Shown: piece by piece, positions 12,301 to 24,300 of the stretch
Position numbering within the stretch: the stretch's first letter is position 1
How the letters are laid out: each line of letters begins with the position of its first letter
Source of the DNA: Phoronis australis
Taxonomy: Eukaryota > Animalia > Phoronida
DNA: 64,000 nt
Assembly (NCBI GenBank): GCA_002633005.1
Contig: NMRA01000650.1
Span: forward strand, 119,260 to 183,259
Direction: 5' to 3'
Made by a program: the position numbers and the translations under genes
The notes under the pieces: generated by a model
Database searches by the model: none
What the model saw: only the letters and a program-made list of their open reading frames with translations
Told to the model about the DNA's origin: nothing

Positions 12301-15300
12301 GTCACACTTGTCACCAAGTATAGTGCATGACGAAACATGTTACGTTACCATGATCTTCATGATACAAATTAGCAAGATGATACTGTATCAAGCAAACTAC
12401 ATATTCACATACACAGACTTGTCACTAAAGTTCAACATAACCGTAAGACAGTGCCGATACATATTGGCGAGTATGATTTCCTGTTGTGTGGGATTACATT
12501 TATGTCATGCACTTTACACAGGGGAACACCACACTACGCATTACTACGCAAATTTATTCTTATATGCATAAATGTAATGAGGCCACTATAACATTCACGT
12601 TTTCGATATTTAATTGTAAATTTTATGGTCTGCACTTTTATGTTGCTCTTTTCAGTAAATTCTGTATTACAGAGCCCCACGTCAGAGGTGACATTGAAAG
12701 ACAAATCTCTGATATGTGTGTTGATGCGGATGAATTAGAGTATGACTATGGAAAGGGTCAAAAATTGGATACAACGGCAGGTCTGCATTTTATTTTAAAT
12801 TGGTGTTTTTGAAATCTGGAAATATCATGGTAAATATTCATGGAATTGAATTGTATTTCATATAAAAGGAACCATGGGATGGCAAATTACCTCTCGATGA
12901 ACGACAACTGTTGCCATGGATACAGTATCCTAACAAACCTACTCAATTAATTCTTTTGTTGCTCTTTCAAGCTTCTTTAAAGTGGGACAAAATAGGGTAA
13001 AAAACCTTGTAATCTAAAAATCAAAATTTCGATGAGAAAAGCCTAGACTTAAAAGCGAGTATGAATATTTCTCGGTTTACTTTACTTACTAACAGTGACT
13101 GCAGCCAGAGGAAAACAATTTTTGCCAAACTCAAACTTATTTTGTTGGCATTTTTACATATTTATTGCTTCTGGATTGATAGTAAACTGCTGTTCGTTTG
13201 TTCCCATTAGGACTAAAGATTGATGCAGGAAGTTCACTTCAGATGGAAAAAGAAGGTGAAGTACAAATGACTATTTCTACTCGCTTGTACGAAACTATTG
13301 TGGTATTACTACTATACAAATCAATTCATTATGGTTTCGTAGTTATCAGGTTTGTCTGTTTTTTGTACACTTTGGAAAATCAACAATACTCTCATTGCTT
13401 TAATTTGTTTTGTTGGTAATGGTTAGTGTATTGAGATGACTGAGACCATGCTGTGAACTATAAACCCTTCAATTTCTAAAGAACTTTTGTGTTGATCTAT
13501 TCAATCACTGAATGGCAGTTACAAGAACTTCTTAGAAATGCCTTTGAAATCGGCGCCCTTCCACAAATCTTTGCGACTCCCGACATTGAGCGTAGGATCA
13601 TGAAGTGAAACTTCGTGGCTATGTCATGTTCATGGTATATCCAAATATTTGTTCAACTCAACCAGTTATTTTCTCTGGTGGAGTTAAGAACACAGACGAT
13701 TACTACGGAGCAACCAAAAAGGGATGATGTTCAACAAATGAACTAACGTCATCAGTCCTGTGGCACAACATCCGACACAGCCTCGTGAACAAGCTTTTCT
13801 GAATAATGCAGTGAGCAAACTCATGTACTTAATCAATTTCAGGTTCCAAGTCAAGCAGTTCGAGCACTGAGTACGAGGTCGGCTGTCTTCAGACTCACGA
13901 TATAACTGAAAAGGCGAATGGTGCGTAATTTTATGGTTAGTCGAATGTGCATATTCACACGCTTTCAAAGGTAGTTGAAAAGCACATGTAATGATGGCGG
14001 GATTCCTTTTCGTCCGAATTGTTATTGATAGCACTAACACAAAATTACTAACACAAGGGGCAATTGTCTGATATAGCGTGCCCGAATTTTGAAAACCGGT
14101 TATCTCCACTGAATAATGGCTATGAACTGGTTCTGAAAATACGGGCACGTTATATCAGACTGATGCCACTCAACATGTGTGAAAGTTGGTACTTTGAAGT
14201 GATTGCTTGTAAGTACTAATGAGTAAAAAAACGGTGAATTTTAGTGTTCGCCGTTTCAATTCTTCCTAAGTACTGACCGATGTCATTTCTATCCCTATAG
14301 CAACCATTGATGGAGCAACTGGTGGAGTGATTCGGTGGAAGGAGGTTCAACTTAGAGTGCCGCCAAATGCAATATCCGGGCACATAACAATTGAATTTGT
14401 AGATCAGCCGTTGTTAGCGCAAGCAGTGCATGACAAAACGAAAGGCAGAGCCAATCTCCATTGTCAGGGAATATGCGTGACTTGCACAGATGATGATGCA
14501 ACATTCTCCTACCCAATCGAAATTCGTATGACTGTTCGAACAATGTTGGAAAACGCCAATGATCACCGATTAGACAGCAAAGGCTTTCGCATATTGCGTG
14601 AAAAAAATCATGAGGTGACGGACATTACTGAAGATTGCGATGTCAGGCTACACGGGGAGGAAATAGTGTTCTACTGTAAAACATTTTCAGATGTGGATCT
14701 GGCGTGGGTGAAAAATGTCCCTTCACGAGTTGTTAAATACATCTATAAGGTCATCACACATATTCTCAAATCATCGTACATCTGCAAGATATGTCCTTGT
14801 ATTAAAGGTAAACAAGAGGAAGGATTGAAAGTTAAACTGTATTGTCATGGCGAGCAAGTGGTGCCTTCTGGTGACCTTGAGCACGAGTGCATATATGACA
14901 GTGAAAAACAGCGCTTTACAAATGAAGTCACGCTCTGGTTTCAAGTTGCGTGCAGGTGCATTAAAACTGGCAAAGCGACAATACGTTCGTCTTCAAAGGA
15001 CTTGGAACTTGAAAGGAGTGTTTGCGAAAGTACGGGGAAACCATTTTCAAGACTCGTGTCTGATGTTAAAGCCCTTGTAGGTGGGGAAGTTCAACTTCAT
15101 GTTTATGGAGTAAACTACCCGAAAGCGCTCCTAAACATGTCTGTGAAGGTCCATGTAAGTACCTGCTCAACTTGTTTTGGTGTAAGTTTTCCCGTGCATA
15201 TATGTGTGTTGTCTATTGGAGCTTGAACCATGAGTCCGCGTTGTGGGCTTCACGGGTATTGCGAGTGTCTTATTAGATAAAAACAATAATGCATTACAGT

Positions 15301-18300
15301 ATTGGAATTATCAGAATGGCAATCGTTGTGCATTTTTTATCCTGCAATACAATATTGGCCAAGTATTGTATATACAATGAATGCAAGGTATATTTTTTGT
15401 CACCAAGAAATCACTCAAGACAATATTTACACAGAAGAGTTTTGTGGAAAGATGGTCACATGCGTTTTCATAATTTGTTTTCATTATACTTTGCATCAAG
15501 AACAATATCACGGGTGAGAAACAACATGACTGCCGGTCTTCTAAATGGTACTGACTCAGTCAAAACAGGGCCTCCGGCGATCAAATGTGACCTCTGCACC
15601 AGAAAATGGGACTGACGCACCTAAAAGCATGACCGCCCCACCAGAAAACAGGACCGCCGGGAACTGAACTTGACCTCCGGACAAAATATAGTTATCCAGG
15701 CCTTTGTATGATACTGCGGGTTACGACGTAACCGGTCAGCTAGTTGTGTAAAGACTATCGCCAAAATAAAGCTTGGTAGCACTGCGTTATTGATCTCCGT
15801 TACATCCCGGAAATTTCCTACAGGCCGGGAATAGTTCTGTTCGTCACATCGTCGTGAAACTTATATCAAAATGTAGAACTAGCGAGCGGAGCAGGCGCAT
15901 GCAAAATGTAGCTAGGAGTCAATCGACACTCACCTTGCAGCTTGCAGCCGCTTGAGTGAAAAACAATCTTACGAACGTCATTTCTTTGCCATTGTAACTT
16001 TACAAAAAAGTCTGTCGCGCTCGCGACATGAGCACGCGCCACTTCCTAAAATTTTGCGACATCTTTTGGAAGATGCTGACTCAACTTCGCAGCAGCACGA
16101 TTTGTTCTAAAATTCGGTTTGCTGGTTTTAAAATATTAAAATTTTTATGACGAAATGAAACCAGTTATGTCAATCTGTGCATGCAACCTGGTAGAAGAGC
16201 AAAAGAGCTGACTGAAGAATCGGTGAAAAAAGGTACGGGTCAATGTAAGCCGACCTGAAAGAACGCCTCTCAACTTTAGCATCGGAATAACATTTTTCCC
16301 GGCAAGAGCCGTTAAATAATGTAGTTTACTCAAGGAAGGGTGTCGTTCATAACACTAATTCGGTGTTTTACCCATATCGGCGCCAAGCTGTATATTTAGT
16401 ATACTGCTTTGCCGCGCAAAGGCTAGTTATGATGCTTCACCCGATAACTAGAACGCCCGTTTTTTTTTCTTGACCAAAACGTCAAATTGGAGAAAACGAT
16501 TTTCATTTTGTTCTAAAAGTTACGCAGAGGATAACGTTATAATTACAGTATTTAGCTCAAAGGCTTGCAACGTGAATGTCGGTCTGTGGTGAAAACTCAA
16601 AAGCGCCGCGTGTTATAAAGCCAAGTGTCCTGTAGTGCACAAAAGGTTCGTTGGATTAATCGGCACAAGACCTGCATACGTATATACAGGTAGCTTCATT
16701 GTATGATCTGTGTAGACCTACCGGCAATACATGTACATCTTAGCTTGTTTTTCATTGCGGTTTCAATCCCCGGCGGTCATGTCCAGTCCCCGGCGGTCCT
16801 GTTTTCTGGTGGGGCGGTCCCATTTGATCCCCGGAGGTCCTGTTTTGGGTGAGTCGGTCCGATTTAAGAGGACCGGCGGTCATGTTGTTTCTCACCCGTG
16901 AATATTACTACAAACAACACCTTCACTATAACTCTTGATTAGTGAAATGTTTGTAAATGTCAGTCCATTTGTTCCACATAATGTATATGCATTCAATCGT
17001 ATGCATTTTAAAAGCTGTTCAAAGAAAATTATTTGTTGATTTGCTTTGGACAAGGCTTGATATCCAAGATTAAAATATCCAACATGCCTCAAGACTTTTA
17101 CTGTGCTGGTGCACTTGTTCTACGGGCGTTCTGCACGCCACCTGTGAACAACTCCGGTCGAGTCTTCATTTTATTTTGCAGCAATAGATTCGCAGCACTT
17201 CCTGACAACAAAAATATTGTATTTCTAGTTTTGATGGTTTTGCTATTACCTTTGTGAATGTGCGTGTACTTTGTGTTTCGACGTTTTTTAATCAACCTTC
17301 TCATATTCAAAACTGTCCAGTCAACTACTGGAAATTGAACAGATCGTGAACTTAATAGCATAGTTTCTTGGATGTACGCAGAAAAACATCCTAGCGCCCA
17401 GGGCCAGTTGCGTGAAACATCAGTCATTCAATACATACATATTAGATTAAACGTTTCCAACTTGGAAAAAACGCCCAACATTTGTCCAAGGTGGCAGAAG
17501 AGGAGATCAAACGATGTAATCCTTTTTCCCGTTTTATTAAACCAGGTCCAGGGCACCTTGGGCTCGTTNATGCACTTTAAAAGCTGTTCAAAGAAAATTA
17601 TTTGTTGATCTGCTTTGGACAAGGCTTGATATCCAAGACTAAAATATCCAACATGCCTCAAGACTTTCCTGTGCTGGTGCACTTGTTCTACGGGCGTTCT
17701 GCACGCCACCTGTGAACAACTCCGGTCGAGTCTTCATTTTATTTTGCAGCAATAGATTCGCAGCACTTGCTGACAACAAAAATATCGTATTTCTAGTTTT
17801 GATGGTTTTGCTATTACCTATGTGAATGTGCGTGTACTTTGTGTTTCGACGTTTTTTAATCAACCTTCTCATATTCAAAACTGTCCAGTCAACTACTGGA
17901 AATTGAACAGATCGTGAACTTAATAGCATAGTTTCTTGGATGTACGCAGAAAAAACATCCTAGCGCCTAGGGTCAGTTGCGTGAAACATCAGTCATTCAA
18001 GTACATACGCATTAGATTAAACGTTTCCAACTTGGAAAAAACGCCCAGCAATTGTCCAAGGTGGCAGAAGAGGAGATCAAACGATGTAATCCTTTTTCCC
18101 GTTTTATTAAACCAGGTCCAGGGCACCTTGGGCTCGTTACTGAAATCACCCATGTACAAAGGTCTCTTAACTTGGACTTTTTACCGTGGTTCAAGTTTTG
18201 CACTGGCCATTGCGATCTTATTTCATTGTGCCTTAATTTCACGGCTGTTTAAAATTGACTGAAATTAAATCTGACGTAAAATGCTGACTGACTCAGAATT

Positions 18301-21300
18301 TTTTAACAATTCGATCAGTCATGGGGTGTTGACTATCGTATTGTTGAATCTATGCTGATGTTACCCTAGCAATCGTTCCTTTTTGCAAAATAAAAAAAAT
18401 AAAACATCACTGAAATGTATTGCATGGCAGCACGGAGGCTCTAAATTATGTTTCAGTCGTCCAGTTCTTTGAAAATTAAAAAAACAATTTAAATACAACT
18501 GTATATTTAAAGTGATTGAATTCCCAGCAAACCAATCTGGTCCTACTCGTTATTTACAATGCCGCTAAATACAATATTGAACGAAAGCAGTACCATAAAT
18601 TACTAACGAGGAAAGTTAAGAAAGTGTCTGTGAATAGGACAAGCATCAATTTTTTATAGTAATTTTGATACCTTTACCACCTCTTGTGTTGTTGAGGTTA
18701 AATTAACCTGGAAGGGATGCTACTGTACTATTTTTGTGCATTGCATTTTGTTTCGTTTTAGGAAGACTCGGCGGTCAGAAAGGAACTTGCTACACACACA
18801 ACACCGAATACAACTGGTAAGAATGACTCCATTTGCATAGCATGAATGTGACTCACCGTAGTGACGTACATGTATACCTGGAAAGTGTTTTGTAGCCCAG
18901 TTTCTCTCAAAAATCAGGATATCTGAAGACCTATTAAAGTCACTTTAGTGAAAGTCAAGTGTTTCAGAATTATACTCGGGAGATTACCAGCCGGACCTAC
19001 AGTAGAAACATGGTGATCACTGAATTAACAAATACAAAATTGAATACAATACGTTGGGATTCTTCGCCGGCAGCGCAAACAATTGTTGTTCCTACGGAAC
19101 TCAATCCGGTGTATCTTAGGCTACCAACGCACTGCAAAACATGAGCACGTAAGGAATGGAATCCGTGAGTTCTGTACCATTATATACGTACAGTATTTCA
19201 ATGTCACCTACCATTCTCTTTGAATGTAGCCCTTCACTACTTGCACGGATTCGCCATTTCGCCCGAACACGAGGTGATGTGGGTAAACTTCAACGTAGTA
19301 ATGGTTTGACATGTTTAGGAACCGTCGCTTCCACGTTTGCGGTGATAAAAGAAGCTTCGTGTAGTAAGCAACAGTCACTTTTGCAGCTTCACCTAAGTGT
19401 GAAAATATAGAATTTTACCTGGACATGCGGATACAATCTCAAGCATACTCAAAAACACTTGCACTTTTGTCTCTCGTGCTTTTTCAAGGTCTTGGTGTAC
19501 ATCTAGATTGTTGTTTCACTTGAGACTTTGTTTCTGGAACGCCTTCCTGGTCCATCTGCCTGCGCTACAAAGACGAAGACATCGTGAAACTGTAAGATGG
19601 TGAAGCAGTTCTATACACTATCTGCGAAACACGTCGAACCAAATCGCCATGTCAATTCTAGACAGCAAGCTCTAACAATCCAACCAATTTAGGATTGCCA
19701 GCTCATATGGCTATGAAATAAACTGTAAGCTGCCTGCTGAAGGGCTGAGATATGCAGTATTGGTTATCAACGTACTTTAAGTTATCTATGCTTAAAGCAA
19801 TCTGCAGCCATGTTCTAATCAGTATCATCAAAATTTCATCAATATGGAAAGGGTTCCAAGGTAAAAGCACTCGTATTATTGTGCAGTGGTGACTTTTCAG
19901 AGACCAAATATCAGTGCGACGTAGACGTAATGGTATAACGCAAGACACCAGAGTAACACGTGCACATTGCCGACAAGAAACGTTTTATTCTAATTATAGT
20001 TTATAATCAGGTTTTGAGTCCAAAGAATGGTACAAAAAAATGTGTTTTGACAAAACGTCAATTAAATGAACGGCTATTAGTAAGGCCAAGTTTCTAACAG
20101 TAATTTGAAACGGTGATGTTTTGTAAGTATATTTAAGGATAATTAAGGATATTTAAGGATATTTAAGGATATTTAAGGATATTTAAGTATATTTAAGATA
20201 TTTAAGGATATTTAAGGATATTTAAGGATATTTAAGATATTTTACACACTTATGTGTATTTAACAAAATATCGTCAATCTTCAAATTTATATAAAAATAT
20301 TTTAACTGCTGCATCGAGAAAATTTTAATTTTTGAAAATAGGTATACTACATGTAAGTTGCCATTTTTAAGGCAGTGCAACAAAAATACAGATTTGTATC
20401 TACACTTTTGCACTAGCAACATCGTACTTTTTGTTTAATGTAAATGTTCTAGATAACAAGTATCTGTGGCTATGGTACCGTTGTCTAAGTTACCCCTTCA
20501 TGTTCATCTCAAACAACGTTAAGTGTTTGTTATTAAAACATCAAAAGTCCTACATTTGATGTTTCCTCATGCTAAACTGTAAAGCTTTAAAAATAAACCA
20601 TGAGCAAATTTTCGGAGATCGATGGATAAAGCACGGTTTATGAAAGTCTTATATCCATGTGGTCATTTATTTTTGAGACATTTCCCTCAGGGTCTGAGCT
20701 CAGTCCACTGGGGTAGGTTGTTCACACAACTGTTAACTAAGAGCCAGCATGAGAACATCTGCGTGTCTGGTCACAGGCAATGGTGTTCTTCGATAGAACT
20801 ATTTTAAGTGTGCAGAGGGTGTTTGGGACATCAGTGCCGCTACTTTTTGTTGGTATAGTGATGTTTGGTGCAACAATCTTATTCATTCCACTATGAGGGG
20901 TCCCATAACAAAAAATCCAAGTATTGAACTGAAGGACTCCTTTACTTCGTCATTCGGGAAGTCGAATTGTTGCATGCTAAGTAATGCCTATTGTTTTCTG
21001 AAAAGCAGTTGGTTACACAGCTTGTTTAGACAATTAAAAAATACTTTAAACCCAACGGCATTTAAACGAAATGTAATAACAATAACTTAACGCGCTTTAT
21101 TACAATTCCACGGAAGTGTGTATCTCGTTTTAATATGGATACGTAGGCGTATCTTTAGCAAATGTGGGTCGATTTTGACAAAAAAACATACCCCTGTGGT
21201 TGATATAAGATGATTTAAAATTAAATATTAAGTTTAAATGAGAAAAATGCAACAATTGAAATACTCAGCAATATTCCAGTCACAGACCAGCAGAAAGCTT

Positions 21301-24300
21301 ATAACTGTGGTAAATCAAACGCAAAGCTGTTAACGTAAACAAAACTGCTGCACACATGTTATGTGGCCGTCTGCAGAAACCTACTCGAACATACGGACAC
21401 TCGACTTCAGACACTGAACGAAATGATAAGATGTGGCGACGTTAGACAAAAATGAACGCATTTCTCCAGTACTGCTAGACCTGCTAGGCATGGAACTCTA
21501 AAACTGCAACAATATCTACGCAATGCCGAATGCGGTCAAAGAATTCGGACTGACTACCGCTTAGATCGCCATTGTTTTGTCTACATCGAAGCTCAAAGGT
21601 CAAACGTCACATTTCCTTATAAGGGCAGTTTTTGGAGACTCCGGCACTTCGGTGGCCGGGATACAAAAACCAAGCGCACGTGCATGTTATTAAAATTGAG
21701 GTGAAGCATTATTTTGAATTCAAGAGTTGTGCTTGTTGAAAACTCAACGTACCTGGATTTTTTACCGATTTAAAATTTAACCGCCATAAAGGCCACTGTC
21801 GGTTTCTTGTCAATTCTGAACTGACCTTACCCACCGTCGGTTGGTGTGAAAGTTACCGGTCAAATTCCTCCATATCTTGATCACCGTTTCGCGATATACT
21901 CTCCAAGAAAGTTTATTTGCATTGAATGACAGGTTTTCTCTTTTAACTTATAACTACAATGGGTACATTAGCTAATTAAAAGTCGAGGCATTTCTTGCTA
22001 GCTGTGTTTCCTGAATAAACAAGCGGATGAACATTTGCAAACGAGAATCAAAATGTGAATCAAAATGTGAATCAAAAACAATGTAACAACATTTGTACAT
22101 TCAAGCAGTATACATACACTCTTAAATATAGTATGGTCAACATTCAAGAACCGTTCCTCACCGGATATACAGGGTATTCCAGTCACGGAAATGGTCAATG
22201 ATTATCTAATTTCGGCCGAGGTACCAAGAACATTGTGTTTAAGATTCGCACTTTATTATGTAACAGATAAATGCGTCGTGGTATGTTACGTATTACTTAA
22301 CTTGGTGTTCTGCATTCTGAATGCTTTCATTTGGAATAAATTTTTGTAATGAGGTCTAAAAATATAAAAAATCATGAGGTTGGACAAGACTACGCCTCGC
22401 TGTTTAGACACATCCATGTAATTCTCTTCAATTTAGTGGATTACAGCCATGCTTCACATCTGTCAAAAACTTCAACTACAGAGCGACGTGTGGCAATAAC
22501 TGTTATGAAAATCGCCGCCATATATATTGCCGGTGTTGCATCTGGTGTCTTGAGAAAAGAATTACAAAAGTGACATCACATCCTGGTATTATAAGTAAAT
22601 CAGGGGATGTTTAGGATGTCGTTGGATTATGTGTAAACTAATCAAAACGTCTATCAATACCATTAACATTCCTTATACGTGTGCCAATATATTTTCAGAA
22701 TCACCGAGAAGCCGAGCAGAACTTCATCAACTACTACTACTGGAGGTTGCTGACCAACTCATTGATCGTGATTTTCAAAGACTAAAGACATTCTGTGAAC
22801 ATTTGATTGTGTAAGAAAAAACAACCTTAATATTATTTGCGAAAGCATATAATCTAGGGTGTATCAAAGCATTTGGTCCGGTCAAAAACCACGACTTTCA
22901 ATTTTCTGATAGTAGAAATTATGCCAAATTGTGTTGAGCATATACCAATTTGTTAATAATTGGGGCACATGACGTTGTCAATTTTTTAAAGAATAGCAAA
23001 AAGAAAGGTGCATATGTAGCAAAACAACAGTGTTACATGATTAAATTTCGATGTGAACGATCAATGGCGGTTACAGTTTTCTAAATCATGAAAAGAATAT
23101 TACGTTGATATATTCGAGGCTGCAATACGGTAGCATTTTTATTTGTTGTTTTGATAGAGTGTGGACAGCATGTTAGTTTTTGAAAAGCTCACTTGATAAG
23201 GCTTTTGAATTTTGAAAATTGAACAAGGGATGTCACTTATACAGTTTGTGACTTTAACAGCCTAGCATGTTTGTTTAATGTTTCAATAGTATGTTCCGCA
23301 TTACTTCTGCTCGGTGTGTCATATAATTGGTCGAGTTACCAAACTACCAGTCAGAGTACTCTAAACTCGTGAATCTCTTACATTAGTCTACATATTTCGT
23401 GCTATGAGAAATATGTCATTTCTCCTCACATTTTCCAACGTTTTAAATAGCTCTGAATGGGTTACCACACGTGGTTAAGTTACACAATGTCTTAACAATT
23501 CACCCAAGCAGATCCCTGCTGATGCAATTTCAAAAGAAATCAGCAAGTGAAATATCCGGATTCTCGAGTATATCGTCGATGAGAGTGGTGAAATATAATA
23601 GCCAAACCACAACTTAAAAAATTGCCTTTTGTTTCTTTTTTGAAGTTTGGTTTATGAACTCCCAATTTTGCGGTAGTTCATTGTTTTACAATATTGCTTA
23701 TTTTTTCGATCTTATGCACTCACATTTTCATAAGTGACTGAATTATGCTGTCATACCCTGTCCACTATGCGTGTGTCCAGCGTCCGCTGCGGCATTTATC
23801 TCCGAATTCTCCTGATGGATGTTTATAAAATTTTGAGGTTACGATTCTTTCATAGATTAGAAGGCTTTGCCGAATGTTTGGGTGGATCTGATTAGACGGC
23901 GGTGTGCCCCTTCAGGGTAATTTTAGTTTTAAGGATTCCACTGTACGTTTGGAGTTCCGGATAAGTTTTTGACGAATAGGTATTTGTTAGAAAAAACTAT
24001 GGCCACTGCTCTTTTTGTTCGGAGACTTTCGACACATAATATTTTTTACATTTTTTATACATTTACGAAAACATAAAAAACAAGAACATAACGTAAACAC
24101 ACACACACGCACACACACACAAACACACACACAAACACACACACAAAACACACACACGCATACCCCACGCTTAATGCTCTTGACTACTAAGAAAAACAGT
24201 TTCAAAGTTACACCATCATTTTGTACAAATTCTGAACTCAAATCCTTACGAGCACTATACATTTCACTCACATAATATTGTTTGATTAAGTTAAAAAAAT

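Noticed and set aside
14327-15226. Stand-alone 299-aa gene as given in the ORF track
   Set aside because: The start is a GTG inside an exon. A strong acceptor at 14300 and a GTAAGT donor at 15155 show it is an internal exon.
15509-16900. RAG/RSS-mediated rearrangement of the death-fold gene
   Set aside because: The ends lack the CACAGTG heptamer and nonamer spacing, and they flank only intronic non-coding DNA.
23987-24275. ORFs with VC/TH dipeptide repeats
   Set aside because: They are translations of the (CA)n microsatellite.
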